DNA of 64,000 nt from an uncultured bacterium. GTDB lineage: Bacteria; Zixibacteria; MSB-5A5; UBA10806; 4484-95. Each line of letters starts with the position of its first letter. Positions within the stretch are counted from its first letter, which is position 1. Location of the stretch: contig CBFDEC010000003.1 of the NCBI GenBank assembly GCA_965603725.1, forward strand, positions 37,515 to 101,514, written 5' to 3'. Positions 34,951 to 43,495 of this stretch are shown here, in pieces. A program made the position numbers and the translations under genes. A model generated the notes under the pieces. That model made no database searches and was not told the origin of the DNA. It was given only the letters and a program-made list of their open reading frames with translations.

Positions 34951-37428
34951 TTACATCGCTTTTTCAGGCTTAGACTCAGATTCTTGTTCTTCAGACCTGC
35001 TTAATGGTTTGAGTTTGAATGAAAGCTTGTCCTCACCGTCGTTATGGAATATTTCGACATTGCAGCCGGTTGTGTAATCACCCTTTAGAATCTCCTCGGC
35101 AAGAGGGTCTTCCATATATCTCTGGATGGCGCGTTTCAATGGTCGGGCGCCAAAATTGGGGTCATAGCCTTTATCAGCCAGGAAGTTTCTGCTGGATTCA
35201 GTAAGACTAAACCGAATTCCCTTATCCTTCAACCGATCTTCGACATCTTTTAGGAGGATATCAATGATTTCAAGGATATGATCCCTGGTTAAAGGATGGA
35301 AAACGATAGTTTCATCTATACGGTTAATCAGTTCCGGATTGAAGGTTCGCTTGACTTCATCCATAATTCTATTTTTCATCGACTCGTAATCTGTTTGGGC
35401 ATCGGCTTTCTGAAAACCGAGCGACTTTCCGGCTCTTGCCTGACGTGTTCCCATATTGGAAGTCATTATTACAACGGTATTGCGAAAATCGACTTTCCGG
35501 CCGAATGAGTCGGTTAACTGGCCCTCATCAAGAAGCTGCAGTAAAATATTGAACACCTCGGGATGGGCCTTTTCAATCTCATCCAATAAGACAACCGAAT
35601 ACGGTTTGCGCCGAACCTTCTCAGTGAGCTGGCCGCCCTCTTCATAACCAACATAGCCGGGAGGAGCTCCAATTAAACGAGAAACGGCAAATTTCTCCAT
35701 GTATTCCGACATATCGATTCTTACCAACGCTTCTTCATCCTCAAATAGGAATTCCGATAGGGCTTTGGCAAGTTCAGTTTTGCCCACACCGGTCGGACCC
35801 AGGAATATAAACGAACCGATTGGCTTGTGCGGATCTTTTAACCCTGCCCTGGTGCGGCGAATTGCCCTGGCAATAGCCGCAATAGATTCATTCTGCCCGA
35901 CAATCCTTTTGGAGATATCTTTTTCCATCCTTAATAATTTCTTCGATTCTTTCTCCTCGAGCTTGAAAAGGGGAATGCCGGTCATTTTGGAAATTACAGC
36001 CGAAATGTCTTCAGCTTTAAGTTCTGTTTTTTGGCTTGCCCGTTTTTCATCCCATTCTTTCTTTTCATTTTCCAATTGTTCTTTTTGGGATTTGATAGTA
36101 TCACGAAGCTGGGCGGCTTTTTCAAATTCCTGACCTTTTACAGCCAGGTCTTTTTGTTTTGTCAGTTCAATGATTTCATCCTCGAGCTGATTAAAAGTAT
36201 CAGGTTTTGTATAAGCATTAAGATGAGCCCGGCTGCCTGTTTCATCGATAACATCAATTGCTTTGTCGGGCTGGAATTTCCCGGAAATATAACGGTCGGA
36301 AAGCTTGACAGCCGCTTCTATCGCCTCATCTGTAATTTCAACTTTATGGTGTTCCTCGTAACGCTCCCGCAAACCTCTTAGAATTTCAATTGTATCTTCT
36401 GTGGTGGGCGGATTGATCATCACGGTCTGGAAACGTCTGTCCAAAGCGCCATCTTTCTCAATATACTTACGATATTCATTTAGGGTTGTGGCGCCGATAC
36501 ACTGCAGTTCGCCGCGGGAAAGCGCAGGTTTAAATATATTTGAAGCATCCAGACTGCCTTCTGCTCCACCGGCTCCTACTATTGTATGCAGTTCATCTAT
36601 GAAGATTATGACGTCCTGAGAGTTTAATATTTCATTCATTACCGCTTTAAGACGTTCCTCGAACTGTCCGCGATACTTTGTTCCGGCTACAAGCGAGGCC
36701 ATATCAAGCGTCACAATCCGTTTTCCTTCAAGAGTTTGGGGAACTTTTCCCATAACAATCCGCTGAGCCAATCCCTCGGCAATAGCCGTCTTACCCACTC
36801 CCGGTTCGCCAATAAGAACCGGATTATTCTTTTTCCGTCTCGATAGAACCTGGGTCACCCGTTCAATCTCATCATCCCGACCGATAATTGGATCGAGCTT
36901 GGCTCTTCTGGCAAGCTCAGTAAGATCGCGGCCGAAATGGTCAAGCGCCGGCGTTTTGGATTTTTTACGTTTCTTGCCAAAAGCTGACGGTTTGCCCTGT
37001 TGGACGTTGCGCAATTCTTCGTATACTTCTTTGTAATCGATATCATACATCGACAGGACCTGGGAGGCGACTCCCTCCTCATCTTTTAACAAAGCCAGCA
37101 GAATGTGTTCGGTGTCGATATCCTTGGACTTGAGCGCCCGCGCTTCATTTCCCGAAATTTCCAGTGTTTTCTTTGCCCGGGCTGTCAGAGGGAGTTGACC
37201 CATCTGCATAGTGCCGCCCGATGGCTGAACGATTTCCTCAATCCCTTTTTTCAGTTCATTTAATTCCACACCTATATTTTGAAGTATTTCCGTTGCGGAA
37301 CCTTCGCCGAGACGAACCAATCCCAGCAGGAGATGTTCGGTGCCGATATAATCATGTTTCAGCCTGGCAGCTTCATCACGAGCATATTCAATTGCCCGTC
37401 TGGCTCTTTCGGTAAACATTTCATTCAT
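34951..37428 (-). CDS. clpC: ATP-dependent Clp protease ATP-binding subunit ClpC
   Basis: It has Clp_N repeats, two AAA+ modules ([15 protein letters not shown] and [14 protein letters not shown]) and a UVR-like linker ([12 protein letters not shown]). Confidence 0.9.
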   Translation of the reverse strand: MNEMFTERARRAIEYARDEAARLKHDYIGTEHLLLGLVRLGEGSATEILQNIGVELNELKKGIEEIVQPSGGTMQMGQLPLTARAKKTLEISGNEARALKSKDIDTEHILLALLKDEEGVASQVLSMYDIDYKEVYEELRNVQQGKPSAFGKKRKKSKTPALDHFGRDLTELARRAKLDPIIGRDDEIERVTQVLSRRKKNNPVLIGEPGVGKTAIAEGLAQRIVMGKVPQTLEGKRIVTLDMASLVAGTKYRGQFEERLKAVMNEILNSQDVIIFIDELHTIVGAGGAEGSLDASNIFKPALSRGELQCIGATTLNEYRKYIEKDGALDRRFQTVMINPPTTEDTIEILRGLRERYEEHHKVEITDEAIEAAVKLSDRYISGKFQPDKAIDVIDETGSRAHLNAYTKPDTFNQLEDEIIELTKQKDLAVKGQEFEKAAQLRDTIKSQKEQLENEKKEWDEKRASQKTELKAEDISAVISKMTGIPLFKLEEKESKKLLRMEKDISKRIVGQNESIAAIARAIRRTRAGLKDPHKPIGSFIFLGPTGVGKTELAKALSEFLFEDEEALVRIDMSEYMEKFAVSRLIGAPPGYVGYEEGGQLTEKVRRKPYSVVLLDEIEKAHPEVFNILLQLLDEGQLTDSFGRKVDFRNTVVIMTSNMGTRQARAGKSLGFQKADAQTDYESMKNRIMDEVKRTFNPELINRIDETIVFHPLTRDHILEIIDILLKDVEDRLKDKGIRFSLTESSRNFLADKGYDPNFGARPLKRAIQRYMEDPLAEEILKGDYTTGCNVEIFHNDGEDKLSFKLKPLSRSEEQESESKPEKAM

Positions 37429-37450
37429 ATTTCAATCTCCCATCCCGGAA

Positions 37451-38503
37451 TTATTGTTTACTTGCTAAGTATTCTCTAACAAGGTCTGCTCTTACCATAT
37501 CACGTTCTGTAGAATCCATCTCTCGATTATAATGCTTCTGGAGGTGCGCAGGCTGAGTAACGATCAACAATTCATTTATTTCCCCCAGGGTAACTTTATC
37601 TATTAACTTGAGCGATAGTCCAAGCCTTAAAGCCGATAAGAGGTTCATCACCTCGCCCGAGGACAGCACCCGGGCATTCTGTAAGATTCCATATGAGCGC
37701 CAGACTTTATCCTCGATCTGGTCAGAAGCGTCCTTCATTAAAGTTTCATGAGAGTTTATTTCATATTCGATTATTTGCTGGGTCACCTTGGCAAGTGAAT
37801 CGATTATTTCCTCTTCCGAGCGGCCTAAAGTAGTCTGGTTGGAAATCTGGAACAGATTGCCCAAGACATCAGTCCCCTCGCCATAAAAGCCCCTGACCAC
37901 AAGACCGACTTTAGAAATCCTGTTGATTACGTTATCAATATCCCTGGTCAGCACCAGCCCGGGCAGGTGGATTAAGATTGACGCCCTCAATCCAGTGCCA
38001 ACATTGGTGGGGCATGATGTAAGATGACCAAACGTATCATCGTATGCATATTCCATCTTGCGGCTAAGTTTATTATCCAGCTCTTCAGCCAGTTCCCAGC
38101 ACTCATTCATCGATAAGCCGCCTGATATAACCTGCAAGCGGATATGGTCTTCTTCGTTAATCATTATTGATAAACGCTTAGAGTGGCTAATGTATAAGCC
38201 TCGCCCGGTACCATTTTTCATAAATTCCGGTGAAATCAGATGCCGTTCAACCAAAAAATTCTGATCTAATGAGTTGATATCAGTAGAAAGATAAAAATTG
38301 CCATTTTTCAGAATACCGGCAGTTTCAAAGACAGCTTTAACAAATTCAATAATCTTATCACGGGTGTCGGTATCGGCTGATGGAGGAAACTTAAATTCCC
38401 TGAGGTTTCTGGCAAAGCGAATTCTTGAGGACAGAACTATCTCAGACTGGGGTTCCTTACCAGTCATCCAGGAGGTGGGTTCCTTGACAAAATCATCAAA
38501 CAT
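37451..38503 (-). CDS. mcsB: protein arginine kinase McsB
   Basis: It has the guanido-phosphotransferase fold with CPTNVGTGLRASI and EEDHIR motifs. Its position between mcsA and clpC also fits. Confidence 0.9.
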   Translation of the reverse strand: MFDDFVKEPTSWMTGKEPQSEIVLSSRIRFARNLREFKFPPSADTDTRDKIIEFVKAVFETAGILKNGNFYLSTDINSLDQNFLVERHLISPEFMKNGTGRGLYISHSKRLSIMINEEDHIRLQVISGGLSMNECWELAEELDNKLSRKMEYAYDDTFGHLTSCPTNVGTGLRASILIHLPGLVLTRDIDNVINRISKVGLVVRGFYGEGTDVLGNLFQISNQTTLGRSEEEIIDSLAKVTQQIIEYEINSHETLMKDASDQIEDKVWRSYGILQNARVLSSGEVMNLLSALRLGLSLKLIDKVTLGEINELLIVTQPAHLQKHYNREMDSTERDMVRADLVREYLASKQ

Positions 38504-39030
38504 TAATTGACCTCCTTTTTCGCCTCAAGGGATAATTCCTTGATCCGGTCCCGTAATTCAGCCGCCATCTCGAAATTTTCAGCCTCAATTGCCTGTTTTA
38601 ATTCATCTCTTAAGCGTTTTTCTTCACGCAATGTCTTATATTCTTCAGTTGCCGTTTCAGCTACCTGACCGCGATGTTCAGCCGAGCCGTGAATTCGCCG
38701 GAGAAGGTTGGTAAGTTCGACTCGAAATGCCTGGTAACATTCAGCGCATCCCAGCCGTCCTATTTGCCCAAACTCGGTGAATGTCAAACCGCAATTAGGG
38801 CATTTCAAATCCACCTTTTTCCCCGTAAGATTATCGTCTGTCTTCGGCTTAACAGGACCAATCATCCCGGATACAATTTCTGCAAGAGGAAATGGCATCT
38901 GTTCGAACGGTGAATGAAATCCTCTTTTCTCGGCACAAATCTTACAGAGATTTAAGACGACTTTTTCATTATTCACAATTTGCGTCAAATGAATAGTTGC
39001 TTCGTTTTTATTACAGTCTTGACATAACAT
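38503..39030 (-). CDS. mcsA: McsA (zinc-finger and UVR-motif activator of McsB)
   Basis: The N-terminal CQDC...CKIC and central CPNC...CAEC zinc fingers are followed by a C-terminal UVR motif (ENFEMAAELRDRIKEL). Confidence 0.8.
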   Translation of the reverse strand: MLCQDCNKNEATIHLTQIVNNEKVVLNLCKICAEKRGFHSPFEQMPFPLAEIVSGMIGPVKPKTDDNLTGKKVDLKCPNCGLTFTEFGQIGRLGCAECYQAFRVELTNLLRRIHGSAEHRGQVAETATEEYKTLREEKRLRDELKQAIEAENFEMAAELRDRIKELSLEAKKEVN

Positions 39031-39095
39031 CTGTTTCCTCTACTATCTTAAACAATTAATTATCTTCAACTGTTCCAATAAACATTTTGGCACAC

Positions 39096-39818
39096 TTAGT
39101 TAACAATAACCATTTTAACGACGCCATTTTCCATAAGAAAATGCTTACCGACTCTTTCTGCCAGACGGGAGTTATGAGTCGCAATTAAGAATGTTTGATT
39201 CAATTCATTGTTTAGCCTTTCAAACAAATCCATTAGAGCATTACCTGCTTTAAGATCAAGGTTTCCAGTAGGTTCATCGGCATATACAACCTCAGGTTTA
39301 TTAAAGAGGGCTCTGGCGATTGCAGCACGTTGCGTCTCACCTCCGGAAAGTTGATTAGGGAAATGAGTTTCCCGATCAGATAATCCCACATCCCCAAGCA
39401 GTTCTTTTGCTCTGTTTTCGGCCTCGATTCTCTTAATCCCGCTTATCAGACCAGGCATCATCACATTTTCCAGGGCATTAAATTCCGGCAATAAATGGTG
39501 AAACTGGTAGACGAAACCGACTTTTTCATTGCGGAACGTCGCCAGTTCTTTTGGATTAAGGCTTCCAATATCTGTGGCCCGATACTTTATCCGACCCGAT
39601 TCAGGGTTATCAAGCGTCCCCAGAATATGAAGCAGGGTGGATTTTCCAGTTCCGGAAGCGCCCAGCAACACCGCCATATCACCAGCTTGAAGCTTAAGGT
39701 TGACGCCTTTTAAAACCTCAAGATCTTCATCGCCTGAAACAAACCTTTTAAATATATTTTCGGCAGAAAGGATGTTTTGCTGAGCCATCGGCTGATTTTC
39801 GGTCTTAGATTTATTCAT
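39096..39818 (-). CDS. lolD: lipoprotein-releasing ABC transporter ATP-binding protein LolD
   Basis: It has Walker A GASGTGKSTLL, the signature LSGGETQR and Walker B VVYADEPT. The start at 39818 overlaps the lolC/E stop (ATGAATAA). Confidence 0.8.
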   Translation of the reverse strand: MNKSKTENQPMAQQNILSAENIFKRFVSGDEDLEVLKGVNLKLQAGDMAVLLGASGTGKSTLLHILGTLDNPESGRIKYRATDIGSLNPKELATFRNEKVGFVYQFHHLLPEFNALENVMMPGLISGIKRIEAENRAKELLGDVGLSDRETHFPNQLSGGETQRAAIARALFNKPEVVYADEPTGNLDLKAGNALMDLFERLNNELNQTFLIATHNSRLAERVGKHFLMENGVVKMVIVN

Positions 39819-41040
39819 ATCTAATCGCCTCAACCGGATTTAAGCCGGCAGCCCTGGTAGCGGGATAAATTGTCGCTAAAAACGACAGCACAAAGGCCGC
39901 CAGCGCAACACTGACAAAATCAAAAAACTGCATCTGAATCGGCAAGGCGCTTATAAAATAATACTCCTCCGGCAGGGAGATTATACTGAATTCCAATTGT
40001 AAATAGCAAAGGGTAAAACCTAAAATACATCCGGTAACAGCGCCCAAACCGCCGATTGTTATCCCCTGGTAGATAAAGATCCTTCTAATCGCCGGGGCTG
40101 ACATCCCCAGTGACATCAAAACACCGATATCCTTCTTTTTCTCCAGAACGACCATTATCAATGAGGAAACTATATTAAACGCCGCAACTGCGATGATGAG
40201 TGAGAGAGTAAGGAAGCTGGCCCATTTCTCAAGCGTTAACCAGGAAAACAGATTTTTATTCATCATTTTCCAGTCTGTTGAATAATACCTATACCCTACC
40301 GCCCTATCGATTTCAATAGAAATTTTATCAGCCTTGTAAAAATCTGTTGTCTTAACGGCCAGATTGGTAATAGCGCTGTCCAGATTAAAAAGGGACTGGG
40401 CGGCTTCCAAAGGAATGTACACTAAGTTGCCGTCATATTCATACATGCCGGTCTCAAATACTCCGGCAATCCGACAGGCCATCGCCTTGGGAATCAAACC
40501 GGTAAGACTGGAAACAGCCTCTTTTAATGAGAACAATTTAATCTTATCGTTTAAGCCGACTCCAAAGCGGTCGGCCAGGTTTACTCCCAGCCAGACACCA
40601 ACAGCGGAACTATCGCCTGTTTCGAAAGTCAAGTCGTTAGTCAGCAGGTAATCGCTTATTCTGGAAACTTTCTTTTCGTATTCCGGGATAATGCCTCTTA
40701 CCACGACACCGTCTGACTCGGTCTTGCTGGCTATGGCGCATTTGCTGAAAATTATCGGCGAGACGGCAACCACTCTCTCAACTTTCATGACCGTATCAGC
40801 CAGCGCCTGCCAATTCTCAATGGGGCCGTGGGTTATATGATTTACTAAAATATCTGAACCTGTCCCGATTATTCTTGAACGAACTTCCGACTCAAAGCCG
40901 TTCATTATCGATAGTACAACTGCCAGGGCAGCAACGCCTATTATGACGCCGCCTATCGAAATAAACGTGATAACAGATACTATACCGTAGCGATGTCTTG
41001 AGCGCATGTACCGTTTGGCTATATCGAATTCTAAGGACAT
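39811..41040 (-). CDS. lipoprotein-releasing ABC transporter permease (LolC/LolE family)
   Basis: The FtsX-like permease architecture is present: TM1, a large periplasmic domain, three C-terminal TMs and a C-terminal NPVEAIRYE. Confidence 0.8.
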   Translation of the reverse strand: MSLEFDIAKRYMRSRHRYGIVSVITFISIGGVIIGVAALAVVLSIMNGFESEVRSRIIGTGSDILVNHITHGPIENWQALADTVMKVERVVAVSPIIFSKCAIASKTESDGVVVRGIIPEYEKKVSRISDYLLTNDLTFETGDSSAVGVWLGVNLADRFGVGLNDKIKLFSLKEAVSSLTGLIPKAMACRIAGVFETGMYEYDGNLVYIPLEAAQSLFNLDSAITNLAVKTTDFYKADKISIEIDRAVGYRYYSTDWKMMNKNLFSWLTLEKWASFLTLSLIIAVAAFNIVSSLIMVVLEKKKDIGVLMSLGMSAPAIRRIFIYQGITIGGLGAVTGCILGFTLCYLQLEFSIISLPEEYYFISALPIQMQFFDFVSVALAAFVLSFLATIYPATRAAGLNPVEAIRYE

Positions 41041-41048
41041 ATAAAAGC

Positions 41049-42509
41049 TTATTCCTCTGGTTTCATAGTTGGGAAAAATATTATATCTCTAATAGACGGC
41101 GAGTTTGTCAACAACATGACTACCCTGTCTATCCCGATCCCGTAACCTGCGGTTGGCGGCATGCCGTGCTCAAGGGCGAAAATGAAATCCTCGTCAACCG
41201 GATGGGCTTCCTCGTGACCCCGCTCCATTAGCTCCGATTGTGCCTCCATCCGATGACGCTGGTCCTGGGGGTCGTTCAATTCTGAAAAAGCGTTGCCGAA
41301 CTCAACCCCGGAGACAAACAACTCGAATCTTTCTGCCAGGCGCGGATCATCCCGATGCACCTTGGCCAGCGGCGACAGTTCAATCGGGTAATCCTTTACA
41401 AATGTCGGCTGGATTAAATGCGGTTCGACAAAATGGCTGAAAAAGGCATCGAAATAATCTCCTCTCCCTTTCAATCCCTCGGTTTTTATCTCGAATCTTT
41501 CTGCCAGTTTTGACAGTTCCTCTTCTGTCATATTGATTATTTCAAATCCGCAAATTCTGGTGATGCCCTCAAAGAAAGGAATAACTGCAAAAGGTCTGTT
41601 GAAATCGATTTCGTGATTGCCGAAAAGCAGCGTTTCGGAGCCGGCAATAGTTCTGGCCAGATGTCTGTACATCTTTTCCAGCAAGTCCATCAGGTCGTTA
41701 TAATCGGCATAAGCCCAGTAGAATTCGAGCATGGTAAATTCGGGGTTATGGTATTTATCCATACCCTCGTTGCGAAAATCCTTAGCGATTTCATAGACTT
41801 TTTCAAAGCCGCCTATTATCAGCCTTTTAAGATACAACTCATCCGCTATTCTCAAGTAGAGGTCTAAATCGAGTGCGTTATGATGAGTAACAAACGGCCG
41901 GGCTGCCGCTCCGCCGTAAACGGGCTGTAAAACCGGAGTCTCGACCTCTACAAAACCGCGCTCTTCTAAAAATTTCCGAATCTCCTTAATAACCATGGCT
42001 CGTTTTATAAACAGCTCTTTTATCTCCGGGTTGGCTATCAAATCGAGATAGCGCCGACGATAACGCAGCTCTTTATCCTGCAGCCCATGCCACTTCTCCG
42101 GCAAAGGACGAAGAGACTTGGCAAGGATTTCAGCCGTTTCGACTTTGATAGTAATCTCCTCGGTTTTAGTTTTAAAAACAGTTCCCTCAACTCCCAAAAA
42201 ATCGCCGATATCGATATTCTTAAACAGGCTAAAATTATCACCCAGGATATCTTTACGGGCATATATTTGCAGTCTGCCATCGTCGTCGCCAAGGTGAGCA
42301 AACAGGGTTTTACCGTGACCGCGAAGGCTTAATACCCGTCCGGCAAATTTGACCTTCGTACCATCTCCGGCAAGTTTTTCGAAACCGCTCAGGATTTCAG
42401 TCGAGCCATGTGTTTTATCAAACCTGTATGGGTACGGATTTATTCCCTCGCCTCGTAAAGCCTCAAGTTTTTCCAGGCGATGTTTTATATAATCCGGTCT
42501 GTTTTCCAC
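41049..42509 (-). CDS. lysS: lysine--tRNA ligase (class II)
   Basis: An OB-fold N-domain is followed by class II motifs (FRNEGMDKYHNPEFTMLEFY and GIGIDRVVMLL). The GTG start is preceded by GGAGGA. Confidence 0.95.
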   Translation of the reverse strand: MENRPDYIKHRLEKLEALRGEGINPYPYRFDKTHGSTEILSGFEKLAGDGTKVKFAGRVLSLRGHGKTLFAHLGDDDGRLQIYARKDILGDNFSLFKNIDIGDFLGVEGTVFKTKTEEITIKVETAEILAKSLRPLPEKWHGLQDKELRYRRRYLDLIANPEIKELFIKRAMVIKEIRKFLEERGFVEVETPVLQPVYGGAAARPFVTHHNALDLDLYLRIADELYLKRLIIGGFEKVYEIAKDFRNEGMDKYHNPEFTMLEFYWAYADYNDLMDLLEKMYRHLARTIAGSETLLFGNHEIDFNRPFAVIPFFEGITRICGFEIINMTEEELSKLAERFEIKTEGLKGRGDYFDAFFSHFVEPHLIQPTFVKDYPIELSPLAKVHRDDPRLAERFELFVSGVEFGNAFSELNDPQDQRHRMEAQSELMERGHEEAHPVDEDFIFALEHGMPPTAGYGIGIDRVVMLLTNSPSIRDIIFFPTMKPEE

Positions 42510-42532
42510 ATCTCCTCCATAATAGATTATAT

Positions 42533-42561
42533 ATATTACAATAACAGATTGAATTAGTCAA
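42533..42561 (-). promoter_or_regulatory. sigma-70-type promoter candidate for lysS (TTGACT-17-TAATAT)
   Basis: On the - strand, TTGACT lies at 42561-42556, followed by a 17-nt spacer and TAATAT at 42538-42533. This is about 25 nt upstream of the GTG at 42509. Confidence 0.5.
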
Positions 42562-42573
42562 GGCCGACAAGCC

Positions 42574-42591
42574 ATCAGGAGTTTCCCCGAA
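42574..42591 (-). promoter_or_regulatory. copy 4 of the motif (TTCGGGGAAACTCCTGAT on the - strand), 12 nt upstream of the lysS -35 box
   Basis: It is 18/18 identical to 18120-18137 and has the same orientation relative to the downstream promoter. Confidence 0.6.
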
Positions 42592-42875
42592 AAAGTCTTA
42601 AAATATATCAGATGGTTCAATAATGCCGCTGCCATAACAAGAAAAACCGCAAGAATCTGAATTCCGAAAGTTCCTTACGGGTCTATCCGTGTTCTCAGGC
42701 TCCTCAAAGGATAGCATAACTCTGCTTACTGAAAAAGGCTTATAATGCTATCTGTCCCCCAGGTTGGAATCAAATTAAACGCTTAAAAAAATCCAAAATA
42801 AATCAAAAATATTAATATCTACTGACAGGTTCTGTCAGTGGGCGGGTTAATAATATTAACAAAAGGGGGACCAAG

Positions 42876-43019
42876 GTGCATATCCGGGGAGTATTCTCTA
42901 ACATGTGCTTCGGGGGAATAGTCATGTTAGGGATGCTTCTCGTTTTGTTTGATATCTTATTTATTATTGGTCGGGTTTGTTATTTCATTAATCCTCTATG
43001 GACTTCGTTTGGAACATAA
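42876..43019 (+). CDS. possible small hydrophobic protein (47 aa)
   Basis: The GTG start is preceded by AAGGGGGA. The translation is VHIRGVFSNMCFGGIVMLGMLLVLFDILFIIGRVCYFINPLWTSFGT. It is too short for the ORF track, and there is no homology evidence. Confidence 0.25.
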   Translation: MHIRGVFSNMCFGGIVMLGMLLVLFDILFIIGRVCYFINPLWTSFGT

Positions 43020-43206
43020 TCAACAAGGCTGAGAGATAAGCTATTATAATGTTACATAATTTTCTTGATAGTATCAATATATGAATGTTTAAAAAAAAGA
43101 GATGCCGTCTCCCTTTGGTTTTTTTATACTAATGCCGTTTCAACTAAGGTTGTATGAATTATTAATAATAGGCGAGACTTTCCAGAGCCGGCTGTTTTAT
43201 CAAAAC

Positions 43207-43251
43207 AAGGCAGGGTCGTCCGCTAAGACGGACTGCCCTGCCTTTCTTTTT
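43207..43251 (+). terminator. strong hairpin plus T-tract (Rho-independent terminator-like; GC-rich hairpin family)
   Basis: AAGGCAGGG...GTCCG-CTAAGA-CGGAC...CCCTGCCTT is followed by TCTTTTT. A related TAATAGGCGAGACTTTCCAG module lies at 43164-43184. Confidence 0.5.
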
Positions 43252-43495
43252 AGATTTAGGGTAGGCTTCTCATAATCCCTTACAGCTACTTTATTATAAA
43301 TTTCGACACCTTTTTTAATTAACTTTTTCCCTTGACGTTGGCAAAAAAATTATGTAAATATTACAAGTTTAATAAAAAAGACATTTAACAAAACAGAAAC
43401 ACAATCAATCATAAGGAGGTCTAATGGAAAAAAACCGATTTTAAAAGGTCGTTTAATTTTCTAAAAGTAAAATTAAAAAGAGGAGTAAAAGAATC

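Noticed and set aside
39031-39095. CtsR operator (GGTCAAA direct repeat) upstream of mcsA
   Set aside because: The 65-nt spacer contains no such repeat on either strand. The TTGGCAC string there does not form a sigma-54 promoter either.
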